DNA of 64,000 bases. Origin: Paraspadella gotoi (taxonomy: Eukaryota; Animalia; Chaetognatha). The stretch's first letter is position 1. Each line of letters begins with the position of its first letter. Location: positions 11,347,818-11,411,817 of the forward strand of contig CM119265.1 of the NCBI GenBank assembly GCA_051294375.1, in the 5' to 3' direction. Below are positions 37,867-49,881 of the stretch, in pieces. The notes under the pieces were generated by a model. The model was not told the origin of the DNA. It worked only from the letters and a program-made list of their open reading frames with translations, and ran no database searches. The translations under genes and the position numbers were made by a program.

Positions 37867-39779
37867 ATGAGTTGGTTTGACTCGGCGGGTCTGGCGGGAT
37901 TCGCCAAGACCGCTCTCACATCTGCGCAGAAGAAGATCGACAAAGTTTTAGACATTGAAGAGGACGATGCGTCCGCGACGTCCAAGGCCTCCGCCACTTC
38001 ACGACGCGTCTCCAGCGGTGGAGGCGGCGGCGGTTTCGGACCCTACAGCTTTTACGATGCCGCGAAAACGACGCCGGCTTCGTTGAATGCCGACGATGAC
38101 GTCGGTGACTGGGGCTCGCAGAGCACTCTGTGGAGTTCTTGGTTCGACTTTGGCAAAGACCCCTCTACCTCGGAGGCCGACAAGAAAAATATGGAGAAAC
38201 CGGAAGCCTTGAATCGAAGCGACGTCGTGGCGGCGCAACCGCCGATCGGAAGATCCTCCGAATTGGCGAAAGGCCCTTCCCTAGTTTTAACCGGGGAATC
38301 TCGATTAAGCTCCAACAGTTTCTTCGTCGAAGAGGATGTTCAGGAGCCGCTTTCTCACAAAGACGACGACGACAACGACAACGATTCGAAAGTCTCTACC
38401 TCCAGCGTCAAGGTTTCTCGTCCTCCAGAGACGAGGAAACCGAAGTCGAGACCCAAAAACTTGGGTCTACGAAAGAGTCGAGAGGACGAATCAGGTTCAT
38501 CTTCCAGCGTCCAAAACGTCAATGTCGCCAAGATGGTGACCAGCGACGACCTTTCGTTAGTATTTTATGAACGTCCGCCGACGGACTCGCATGGTGAACC
38601 GATCGTCGAACTCCCGACTTTGCCTACCCAGCCCATCGGAGCTTCCCGCGACGACGACGGGCTCGTCGATCCTCGTGCCTCTGCTCAAAGCCTACTTTCT
38701 CCGTCCACTACCTCCAACGACTTTTCCCCCTTCATCGCCGAATCCTCTCTCTCCGCCTCTCAATCCTCCGCCGCCCTCTCCGCTTCAGTCTGTTGGGAAG
38801 TCTCTGCCGACGATGCGGAAGTCGACGCCATCTTGCGGAAGAACGACTCCGAGACGGACTTGACGCCGTTTTCGTCCGCGATCCAAACGCCGCGCGGAAC
38901 TTGCGAGGCCTTTCCCGAGTCTCAACTGGGAAAGCCGCCGCACGTCGATCAAACCGTCTCCAGGGAGGCGCCGCCGGAAAACCCGTCTTGCGACTCGGTG
39001 GATTTGACTCTGACTCTGACGCGGTCGTCGAAGGAAAAGTTGACTGACAGTTCGACGACCGAGAGCACCATCGAACCGGAGGAGGATGCGGAAGAGAAGG
39101 GAGAGGAAGAGCAGGAGGATAAACAGGAGGATAAACAGGAGGGGAAAGGAGTGGAAGAAGAAGAGGAAGATGTTTCTTTGTCGTCCACCAAGGAGGCTGC
39201 TTCTCCACTTTCGACACCCAAACGCCCTCTTCCGGCATCGAGCGCCGATTCTCCGAAAATGACCACGGGCGTCGCCTCCGTCGTTCGCGACCTTCTAGGC
39301 GACGCCATGACGGAAAGCCTGCGGGCATCATCGGCCTCGTCCGAAGGCGTCTCGACCAGAACCAGAACGACTTTTGATTCCGGGGACGTCGACGGCGAAG
39401 AATCTTCAGACGCCGACGGTGCGGCCGCGTCAGAACTGCGCGAATCCGGCCGCGGCAGCTGCGCAATCGGCAGCGCCGAATGGATCAGTGGCTACGCCTC
39501 TAGCGACGATCATCACACGCCCGGTGGCGCCACCAGCGACGAACGTGAGGAGACAGGTACGTCGAGCGACATTGAGATCATCTCGAATCCCTCTTGCCTC
39601 GACGGCGAGGCTCCGCCCTCTCGCTTCGACGCCTCTTCGCCGCTCCGCAGTTTTCACGGGAGCATCGACGCTTCTGACGTCATTTTTCACCATCAGAGTT
39701 TGATGCAGCTGCAGCAGCGGAGGGAACATCGACGGACGCCCAGTCAGTCGAGCAGCGAACTTAAAATTGAGACTGCTAG
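37867..39779 (+). CDS. TMF1: TMF1 coding exon 1 (conserved N-terminus plus long acidic/Ser-rich disordered region)
   Basis: ORF starts MSWFDSAGLAGFAKTALTSAQKKIDKVLDIEED, closely resembling the vertebrate TMF1 N-terminus (MSWFNASQLSSFAKQALSQAQKSIDRVLDI). Contains a TSSDIEII motif. GC-rich exon. Donor AG|GTGATA at 39779/39780 (phase 2), just before the in-frame TGA. Confidence 0.93.
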
Positions 39780-39860
39780 GTGATAATGAAGTTGTGTTTG
39801 AGACCTGAGATCGATCACTTTCCAATATCAACTTATCAACTCTCCATTCATTTGCTCCAG

Positions 39861-40530
39861 AGCGGCGACCTCAACCGGCAGCGATGACTCTCCCTTCGAG
39901 AGTCCTCACCTCGCTGAGTTTGACGGAGACGTCGAGGACGAGGCGGAGGGCGAGCGAGAAAGGAGCGCCGCTCTTGTCCGCCAACGCCTCCAGCGCCTCC
40001 ACGACGAAGAGACCGCCGCGTCGACGCGGCAACGCCCCCAACGGTACGCCGAGCTGAGCGGCGAAGACGACGCCGGAAACAAAACGCCGCGCGCTTCTCG
40101 CAGCCGCAAGTCGTCGGACCGGTATCCCTCGGTGACGCAGGGCGGCGGCGAAGACGACGAAGCGGTCGCTTACGAAAAAAACGAAGTCGTCAACGAGCTG
40201 ATCCAAAAAATGAACGCGATGGCAGAAGTGATTCAAGCCAGGGAGACCAACGCCTTTGAACTCAGCAAGATGAATGCCGAGTTGACGGAGACGGCGACGA
40301 ATTTAAGACAGCAACTGGCGCAGGCTGTTGCTGCGCGCGACGCCGCCCACAACGACGCCTCCCAGATGAAGGACGAGTTTGCCAGACGTCTGGGCGAGTT
40401 GGAGCACAAGTTGCGCTCCACGGCGCAGGATCGCGACGCCGTCAAACGAGATCTCAATCAGGCGTTGAAGGATCTGCAGGCCAACGCCGCGTTGGAAGCT
40501 ATCGTCAAGGAAAAGGAGGACCTGGTGCAG
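39861..40530 (+). CDS. TMF1: TMF1 coding exon 2 (start of coiled coil)
   Basis: Acceptor tttgctccAG ends at 39860 and the phase fits exon 1. Open through ...EVIQARETNAFELSKMNAEL...KDEFARRLGELEHKLR...KEKEDLVQ. Donor CAG|GTATGA. Confidence 0.92.
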
Positions 40531-40605
40531 GTATGAGAATTTTCATAATGTATAAATTGGTTAAAGGGGTTAATCGTTTATTATTATTGATCCTATTTTC
40601 TCCAG

Positions 40606-40908
40606 GAACTGATGACGGAAGGCACGAAACTCTCGCAACAACTCGGCTCCGCCAACACGGCCCTGCGCAAACTCCGCGCCAAGGAGAAAGAGTCGGAAGT
40701 CGTCTTGACCAAGAAGAAGGAGCGGGTGGAGACGAGCGAGCGTCGAGTCGCGGAGCTCGAGGCCGAGCAGGAGGAGCTTAAGAGGAGCGAGAAATCGAGG
40801 ATTAGCCAGTTGGAGCAGATGGAGGAGCGGTGCAAGTTGCTTGAGTCGGAATTGCTTGAGGCACGGTCTAAGATTGAGGACGACGAGGCCAAGATAGGAT
40901 CCCTCAAG
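40606..40908 (+). CDS. TMF1: TMF1 coding exon 3 (TMF DNA-binding-type coiled-coil region)
   Basis: Acceptor ttttctccAG. ELMTEGTKLSQQLGSANTALRKLRAKEKE resembles TMF1 LMEEGEKLSKQQLHNSNIIKKLRAKDKE. Phase 0/0, donor AAG|GTTTGT. Confidence 0.93.
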
Positions 40909-41026
40909 GTTTGTTAGTATTTTCTTGAGATATAAGTTGCTAGTTATGGTATTTATTTTATTTTTTATTATTGAATTCTTTTAATTTATATTCTAATTGG
41001 ATACGTTCTTTCAATTTGCTCGAAAG

Positions 41027-41392
41027 GTATCTCTGGAAGCTGCAAACCGCGAGATCGTTTCCCTCAAAGCCCATGTTCTCGAATGCGACTCTCTCGTCGC
41101 CGAAGCGGAGGGCCGCTCCGAACGCGAGACGCGCCGGGCAATGGCGCGCGAGTTCGAACGAGCCCAGGAAACGCTGCTGGCTGAGCGGGACGCCCTCGCC
41201 GCTTCCTTAGAGGACCTACGAGTGTACGTGGGACGTCACGAGCGCGACCAGGCTCGGCGCGAGGACGTCCTCAGGCAGGAGATCGCCGGTCTTCAGCAGC
41301 GACTTCAAGAGGCCGACATTCGAAACCAGGAGTTGGTCGAGTCAATGGGCGGAGCCACTTTGCCGTTGCTGAGGCAGATCGAAAGTCTGAAG
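41027..41392 (+). CDS. TMF1: TMF1 coding exon 4
   Basis: VSLEAANREI...RREDVLRQEIAGLQQRLQEADIRNQELVESMGGATLPLLRQIESLK resembles TMF1 RLQEAENRNQELSQSVSSTTRPLLRQIENLQ. Phase 0/0, donor AAG|GTTAGA. Confidence 0.93.
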
Positions 41393-41451
41393 GTTAGATA
41401 ATAGATAATAAATATATATACAGTATCGGTTTTGAAGAACCTGGAAAAGTC

Positions 41452-41728
41452 CACTTTCCTTCTATTCTTTCTTTTTCCTTTCTATTCTTTCTTTACCCTT
41501 TCTATTCTTTCTTTCCTTTCTATTTCTTTCTTTCTCTTTCTATTCTTCTTTCCTTTCTATTTCTTTCTTCTTTCTATTCTTTTCTTTCCTTTCTATTCTT
41601 TTTTCCTTTCTATTCTTTCTTTCCTTTCTATTCTTTCTCCTTTTTATTTCTTCTTTTTCTTTCCTTTCTATTTTCTTTTCTTCTATTCTTTCTTTATATT
41701 TATTCTTTTCTTCTTTTTCTTCTGTTTA
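41452..41728. repeat. Pyrimidine-rich simple repeat (TTTCTATTC-type); similar tracts at ~42840-42964 and ~62970-63400
   Basis: Directly visible low-complexity sequence. Confidence 0.85.
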
Positions 41729-44131
41729 TAAATCTGGCCCCCCTTGGTTGTGCAAAGGAAGGACATAGGGGATATTGACGGGTCATTGGCGCGTCAATGG
41801 CTGAGAGGAGAGTGAGACATTGATGCTGTAGATGTTACAGAATATTTTTTTTAAATTATTAAGTATCAATAAAAGTTATAAGGTTCCGGGTAACCTTTCT
41901 GTAAGCAAAGTTATCATTTTTATTCACCTTTGGATGTATTATCAGAATCAAGTATCAATTAATTAATTAATTAATTAAAAAAATAAAGATTTTTTTTAAG
42001 TGAAAGACAATGAATTATCATATTATGCAACAACAATTCAAACTTGATTTATTTTATAAAGGATCAATCTTTTTCACTGCTTGCTAAGGAACATTTTTTA
42101 CCCCAAGTCTGTTAAAAAATATCATGTCAGAGATATAATTTTAACAATAATATGAGTAGTTCTCTTAATCAATAAGAAGTGAAAACAGAAACAACCTCTT
42201 TTGGAAGTATTTGAATGCATTTAATAATTTAATACTGTTGAAAAATAATAATTTTATTCAATCTTAGGGAGGTCATATTACCTATTAAAACTTATTTATT
42301 TGCCAAAAAATATATTTGACAATAAAATTAACTGGCTTTTCCAAATCGCGACACTTTTTTTTTCATCATGGTATTTGAAAAATCTTTTGAAAATACAATT
42401 ATTTCTGGGGTTTCTATCGTCGCAATCGCTTTGCGTTTGCAACGATTTTGCTGTGATTTTGCACATCAGTGGCGTCGTCGTCGTCGTCGTCGTTGTTGTC
42501 GTCGGCGTTCCAAATTATAGATCGCCTTATTTATGATTAAATTTGGGTGTATGAAGCTGAAAATTTATATACAGCTTCTCATCATCATTATAAGTAGCTC
42601 TCTCTCTCTCTTTTCTCTTTTAATTATAAGTAGCTCTCTCTTTTCCCCAGGCTGATTCATCGGGAAAAAAACGAGTCTGCAGCTGGCTCCGCAGAGGCTT
42701 TTTCTTTTTTTCTCTTTTCTCTTGCTGCTGCCTTTTGATTTTTCTTTTTTTCTGGCTGCCTCTGCTGCTGCCGCTGCTGATTTGTCCGAAAACGATTTGG
42801 CTTCTCTCTCTCTCTCTCTCTCTCCACAACATCAGGTTTTTATTTCGTTCTTTCTTCTCGTCACTCTCTTTATTTTTATTTTTCTTTCTTTCATTTCTTT
42901 TTTTTTTCTTTCTATTCTTTCTTTCTTTCCTTTCTATTCTTTTTCTTTCCTTTCTATTCTTTTTGATCAAGCCGGCCATCAATCGCATTTGAGCCGGAAC
43001 GCCGGTAGGATATTAATTCTCCTCACGAGGTCGTACCACACCCTCTGAATGAGTGGCAACACTTTCGACATCCCGGTCCACCACCGGCTCCGATCGTCGT
43101 CACCCACCTTTTCCAGAGGCGGCATTTCTTCCTCCGAATCGGAGTCCGTAACGGGGCTCGGAGGCCTCGCCACTCCTCTCCCAAGACTCTCGGATCAGAT
43201 CGAGAGCGTGTTTGTCCATTTATAGAACCTAAGCGCATCTTCGCCGCCCATGCATCTTCCCCCGCCGGAAAAAGACGCATAAACCGCGGGTGTCCAGCGC
43301 GGTTCGCCGGCCCTTCAACCAGTAGGTCCATTCCGAACCCGTCAATCGTGCCGGGCGGCGTCACCGCCAACATCTCTCTATCCAAAAGGAATACCTCCAC
43401 ATTCCTCGCATATCCTCTCTCTCTCGAATCCGTAACATCCAAATCCATATCCGTTAGCGTCCACCTCATATTGCCAGTCCTGGTCGTTCATCCCCGTCCG
43501 AAAAGTAACCCGCGGGAAACACCAGACTCTTTCGGCGCCCCAACAGCGCCCCAAGGCGCTCTTCATCATCAGACGCCGAGGAATCGTCCCCGACGGACAG
43601 GTTCCCAACCTGTTCATCCAACGACTCCATCTCCTCGACCCACTTTGTCGTTATCCATTTCACTTTATTATTTCTCGTTTTAGTCGTAAAAATTCGCACA
43701 ATCGGACACACGCAAAACGCAATAATCCGACTTTTCGAAGAAAAATTCGTAATCGTCTTAGTGTGAAGTTAATCCGAATCGATTGTGGAGAAGAAAAAAT
43801 CGAAATCGTCCAAACCCGAAAAATAACTGTCAAAAAAATATCCGTGATCTATGTATTCGGCTCTGGATTTATGTTTGGTTATCGCAAAAATCCCCAAACA
43901 TCCCGAAAATGTCAACAACCACAATAATTCATCATCTAATGTCAGAGAGGCTAAAACAAAAACAAAAAAAAATATACTAAACGTTTAAGAAAAATTTTTC
44001 ATCACTTCACAATGCATATCGTTTCATTGGGAAAAGAAAAAAATACTTATATTTCCTCTTATATCAACTCGGACAAAAAACAAATATTTGTACGCACAGA
44101 TAACTTCGAGGCTGTCCGATAAAGCGAACAA

Positions 44132-44864
44132 CGCTGGCCACCATGGTTGGTAAACGTGGTCTGTGGCCCTCAAAAGATGACGGATAGAGAGCTGGTTATG
44201 CATAATCTGTCTAATTAGTATTTGAGTTACCTGAAATAATTGTAGATTGCCCAAGTTGTAATTGTAATTAAACCATGATAAATGTTACGTCTTAATCCCT
44301 TGGAACCGAAAAATGGAATGCACTTAATTCTCTGCCTCCTTCCCGTCTCTCTTCCTTTTGTTTATCTAATTCACTAAATGTTTACAAAATAGGAGCCGAG
44401 CTCTGAGAATCTACAGGATATTAAACTTTGAGACTAAGAATATTTAGAGAGACAAAATTTGAAACTAAAGTTAATTACTAATTGGAGCTAATTAAAATAT
44501 TACTGACAGAATAAATAATTCAATATATGTACTAATTAGCTAAAAGAGAATTTGGTGAAATATGAATTGAAATGTGAAAGAAAGTTTAGTTTATATTTTA
44601 ATGATATAGAGCCTAAGAAATTGAAATTTAAGGAGTAAGAAAGAGCTCAAAAATGAAGCGAGAAGACATCGATCCTGACGTAGTCTTTAGTTCTATTCAA
44701 TTGTTAGTTCACTTTCGTTGCTCTTTTGTTTATCGAAAAATTTTCTCAACACCGTGTCCCAATTTATCGTTTCCGGCCTTGTTTGCCCGTATTCCTGTTA
44801 AATAGTATAAATTCGTTTATTCAGCTGAATTTTCATTTCTTTCGGTATACTACCCCTCCCGCCC
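44132..44864 (-). repeat. Candidate LTR (~44144-44851) bounded by a PPT (44852-44864) and a tRNA-Leu PBS (44132-44143)
   Basis: Minus strand: GGGCGGGAGGGGT, then ~700 bp AT-rich sequence ending ...ACCA, then TGGTGGCCAGCG (tRNA-Leu PBS TGGTGGCAGCG plus one extra C). No second LTR is present to confirm the ends. Confidence 0.65.
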
Positions 44865-47721
44865 AAAGGAAGGAAAAATTGCAGTATAAACTAATTTATG
44901 TTATTCGAATCGCCAACAAAATATAATCGTAATACCTCGTCCCTTTATTTAAAATTATCAAATATACTGTTCGTTTCAACCGTGTTCATAGCATGCAAAT
45001 AAGAAAAATTTTAGCCAGAAAACAGGAATCGAGATTATCGACAAATAACCAAAACGTCGAAACTAATAGCATTAAAAGCAATAAAATACATAGATCACAT
45101 CGAATCTCACCGTTATTCGTCAATCGTTCCGCATTTAAAACCAGATCTGTCGTAGGTGTCCCGGAATCTTGCTCCTGCACCATCGTAGCTGTTTCAGGTA
45201 GTGCCCATGCTTGCTGTTCTCCTTAGCCTGCACCACCGTAAAAGATGGCACCAACAGCATCCGCGGATGCAACCAGGCCGAAGACATTAAGTCCCCAGCA
45301 AATCTGGAGCGGAGCAAACCGTCCCACTCCAGCAATAATTCGAGATTCACCACCGTCCTGTGCGATCTCAACGGTTGTCTACGACGGGCCTTTTCTCTTG
45401 GAGGGTCCTGTCGGTGCACCTGCCGTCTCATCTGGCGGCCCGCGCTCCTATGCGTTCCTTCATAACGATCTATGGCGCTGTCGTCCCAGTGCCATGGCAT
45501 CCCCCGTCGCCGAATCAGCACAACCTCGTTTTTTCTACAAAAAAACGGGCGCGTTTGAATTTGAAAAATCTTACGAGGATGCCTATCCATAAAATCCACA
45601 AGCGAACGCATAGGCGGAATTTCCAACATGGGATACAAGTTGTCTTCAAAAAAAGAATCGCATGTCTTGATCCCACTTTCTTTCATCTCCAAGAACCTGG
45701 GCAGCTCGCCCTCCAGTATAAACGGCCATTCGAATTCTTTCAAATAAACCATAGTCGACGTCGTTATCGATCGATCGAGTTTCTTACAAAAAATTCGAAA
45801 CTTTCGAGCGTAAACAATAATCGTGTCGTTGCCTTGCGAAGGCGACGAAATCCTTGTTCGAGTGCAGTTTGAGGGTTAGGAAAAGTCAAACGGAAAACTT
45901 CTTTGAAAAAATTTTCGAGGTTATAATCATCTCCCTCACTCATCCACTCAATCACCATATCACCATTTGCTCTCACATCATGTTTGCATCGCAAATTTGC
46001 AATATGCATTTCTCTTTCTCAGTCGCATCATCAAAATATCTAATTATCGAATTTTTCAGCGCCGATTCCCCCATAATATAATCGATAATATCTTTAGTAT
46101 CGGATAATGTATTTTTTATGATTTTATTCGAATCGGTGAAATTGTCTAGACGTTCTATGTCTCGAAACAGGCGGACCCGAACCTGGTCGTGGAGCTCTCG
46201 ACGGCGCAGAATCGGCGACCGGCGGCGCCCAACTGACGCAAACCCTGGCGGCGGCTGAGTCGGCGGCGGGCGGCGGCGGCTGAGTCGGCGGCGGCGGAGG
46301 ACGTCGAAAAACCCAATCCGTCGCTATTCCTTCCCGAGATCGTCGCAACGACTCTGCGTCTGCGTCTCCTGTTGAAACGGCGGTCGCGTGTCCAACCGTG
46401 CGGATTGGCTTCCTCCGTCGAATCCTGCGTCTGTGCGTCGGCGGCAGCGTCGACGTGCGCTGCATCGATTGTTTGCGCGCCACTGCTGTTGATAAGGGAA
46501 GTGCTGCGTCGTTTGCTGCTGAGTCGGAAACTGCTGCATCATATGTTGCTGCGTCGGAAATTGCTGCATCTGCTGAGGTTGCTGCATCGGAAATTGCAAC
46601 ATCGTATATTGCGGCATTGTGATTGGCTGCACCTGCTGTCCCGCCATCTGTTGCAATTGTCGTTGGATCCAGACTGCTGTTGAGCTCGCGTATTTCTTGA
46701 GAATGTCGACAAAATCGGCGGCAGCATTTGATCGTTATCACCAAAATCTGGAGGCGGCGGCGGAACGACGTTCCAATCCATCTGAGCTCCTGGCGCCATC
46801 ATTCCCGGAGGCGGCGGCACGCCCACTCCTTCGAATCCTCGTTGAGCGGTCTCTTGATCATCGGCGCCTCTTCTCCGCCTTCACGCAACTGCTCTGCTGT
46901 CATATGTTGTCGTTCCAACCTCTCGACTCCCGCGCATTGTTCGACAAACCAGGAACTTCGGTCGTGTCGTCCAGCAATACTGCTTCGCGACGAGAGTCGC
47001 CACGAATCGCTTCCCCCCCTCTTCTCCGTGAGTTTGGAGAAGGACCGACGGCTCGCGCTTCTCTAGGAGGCGCGTCTCTCCATTGCCGGGGGGTATCGTA
47101 GTTCTCTCCGCGCCGAGTTCCCCGTCTGCTCCGCCCATTGGCGCGGCGAGTCATAATTTGTTTGGATCATGTTTGCTGCCCGCTCCCTCTCACTCGGACG
47201 TAGAGTCGGCGTCCGGCTTCTTGGAGGCGGAACCGGTCGGTCTTGGCAGTCCGTGCTCGCATCCGAAAATGGTGACAGTCGGAGGCGCCGCGGTTTCCGT
47301 CGACGCATCCGCCATCGTCGGTTTCAAAACTTCCACAGCGGTCTCCCGTCCTCGTCATCCGACGCAGTGGGCGTGTCATCCGGCAGCGGCAATCTCGCCG
47401 GGAAATTCTGATCGCCGTCATCGACGTCAACTCCTTGGTCCCGGAGCCATTGGAGGCATGCGTAGTGATCGAGGATATTTTCGATCAACTCCCGTCCTCG
47501 TCGTATCTTCATCCACGATCGGTCGGCCTCGCTTAGTACACTGAAAGTTGTACTTTAATCCATCTTTCGAGTGGACCGCATGATGCTCCGAAACTCTACA
47601 CTTCCGGCACCATCCTCCCGCCAGCGGCGTTCCTATCGCTTCGCGCACCCTCGCCTGAACCACGTCATTTTCTCGCACAAATCCGGCGTGCGCCACGCCT
47701 CCAGATTCGTCCTTATCTCGT

Positions 47722-48669
47722 CCAAAACATAAGCAAAAATATTTATTTCCGCATCGTTCAATTTTAATGTTAGAGTCACATATTCTCCACAAGTCACTTC
47801 TCCACCGATTCCCACAAGCTTCTTCGGCGCCACTAAATTCAAAACATTCACACCCAGTCTGTCGCACATGAACTTTGGAATCACTGTTCGGTCGCTTCCC
47901 GTGTCAATTTCAAAACAAATCACCCGGAAATCACCCCGTTCGTTCGCTCCTCTCACCCCGCACTTCAATATTAAATTCTCAGAAACCCCTTGATCCAGTT
48001 TTATATTTTCCTCCTTTTCCAGATTCTCTACTAAATCCCCTTTTATTTTGTATACCCCGTCTAGTCATTCCGATTCCAAGTCAGAGAACTGATAATCTTC
48101 GTAGTCGTCGTCAAAATTCTCTTCTGTCGACTTGACCTTTTCCTTCTTTTCTTCCCCGTTCCTTTCTTTCCCTTTCTTCTCTTCTTTCCTTTTCTTTCTC
48201 GCTCTCAAAACAGCAGAGAAATTGTTCGGTGCAAGACGGCACGCTAGTGAGAAGTGTCGGAATTCAGCCACACTCTTTTTGCAGAACAAGCATCTTTTCA
48301 TCGGACATTTCATCGCTAAATGGTCGTCATCGAAACAGTTCCAGCATACATTTTTCCCAATATTTTTCTTTTCAGCTAAGTCCGAATATCTAAGTTTACG
48401 TTTCACCGTATTCGTTCTCACAGCTTCCCCTTCCTCATCATCACTCCCCTCTTCATCGAAAGGAAAAATAACATCGGGCTCATCAACAAAATTCACCCTT
48501 GAATTACCCGACCGTGAAAAAGATTGTCGGTCTTGCACCGAATTCCTCATTCCACTCGCATAACTAACCAACCCTTCAAAGGAGTAGTTCGTATAGTAAG
48601 CCCGAACCAGCGAATTTCGAATATAGCTGTCTGAAAGGCCTTCGATAAACTTCAGAGATTGTGAGGTAA
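47722..48669 (-). pseudogene. Gypsy Gag C-terminus (two zinc knuckles) and aspartic protease N-half; duplicate at 52130-53047
   Basis: CWNCFDDDHLAMKC (CX2CX4HX4C), CLFCKKSVAEFRHFSLAC and FEIDTGSDRTVIP. Confidence 0.88.
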
Positions 48670-49881
48670 CCCGACTTTCGCGGCCAGGGGTAACTGGAAA
48701 AAATAGTCGGTCGCGTCGATGCAGCTGAAATATTTCTTGCAGCTAGCAGCAGCCAGAATTTCATCCATCAACTTCATTCGATATGCACGAGTCTCATCAA
48801 TTTATTCACCATTCTATAATCAATAGTTAAGCGATTCTTAAGTTTAGTTTCCCCTGTAGACGGATTCGTTATGTGTCTACTCACTATATGGGGATTCGAA
48901 ATGAAACGCGAGTCCGAAACCTTTTCTATTATCTCCGCTTTCGTGAGCATTCTACCGTAATCTTTTAAAATTTCCAACTTCGACGGAGATTGCCTCCGAA
49001 AACGATCGATTGTGGGAGGAGGATCCTTAATTACCGGGATACTATAGGGGGAATATTTACCTTCGGTCTCATGTGTCGCCATTTACTTGTCCAAAATACC
49101 CCTCTATAATCAAACCACCTCTTTATATTTCTCTAACAACTCTTTCCCCTTCTCAGGCTCATCCTCTTTCAACTCCTTTTCTAAGTGGTCCAGTCGAACT
49201 GCAATAAGAATTCGTCTCGATTCGGCCAAAACTCATCCGAATCATTTTTCTTTATTTCAGTATTCTCGATCGACAACGTAGTCGGGGAAAACCAAGTCAG
49301 GGGCCAGTTCGATCGGTTTAGGAGTAAACTAACGCCTTTGTCAATCACTTCGTCGGCTTGATGTGGCGTTAACTTTTTCTCTTTCGGTAAGTCATCATAG
49401 TTAATTTGCTTTGAGTCGGCACATCGAAATATTTTTGTCACGTCTTCCTCCTCGTTCAAACTCTCAAAAACAACTTCACCCAGTTTTGTTTTTGCTCTCA
49501 GTGATCGGTCTGTCCGGTTTTTATTCATCACTAAAACCCTATATATCTTTTCTTCCCTCTCATAGGTCACTCCTAGAATATGAAGCCCATCGTCTGGTTC
49601 GACTCCTATCAATGAATGCATAATATCGCCGAATCCTTTCTCGCCAATTCAACTTCGATCGGAGTTAATTGCGCCGGGGGCAGCGAAATCGCGGTACGAG
49701 AAAAAGAAATTTATATTTTTGATATTTGGTCGGTCAGTCGCTTCAACCATTCTCGCTTCTCTAGGCGTTCTATATAATGGGATCTTTTCCCCTTTTATAC
49801 TTAACCTACGCTTTTCATAATCAATGTTACAATTATTGTAACCCAAAACATCGCTTCCAGTAATATCGGACATTCATTTCC

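Noticed and set aside
39781-39783. Stop codon ending a stand-alone 638-aa protein
   Set aside because: The TGA lies inside an 81-bp GT-AG intron, and splicing keeps the TMF1 frame open.
37999-40907. Antisense and alternative-frame ORFs over TMF1 (likewise over the Gypsy gag region)
   Set aside because: Expected shadow ORFs in GC-rich coding sequence, with no recognisable motifs.
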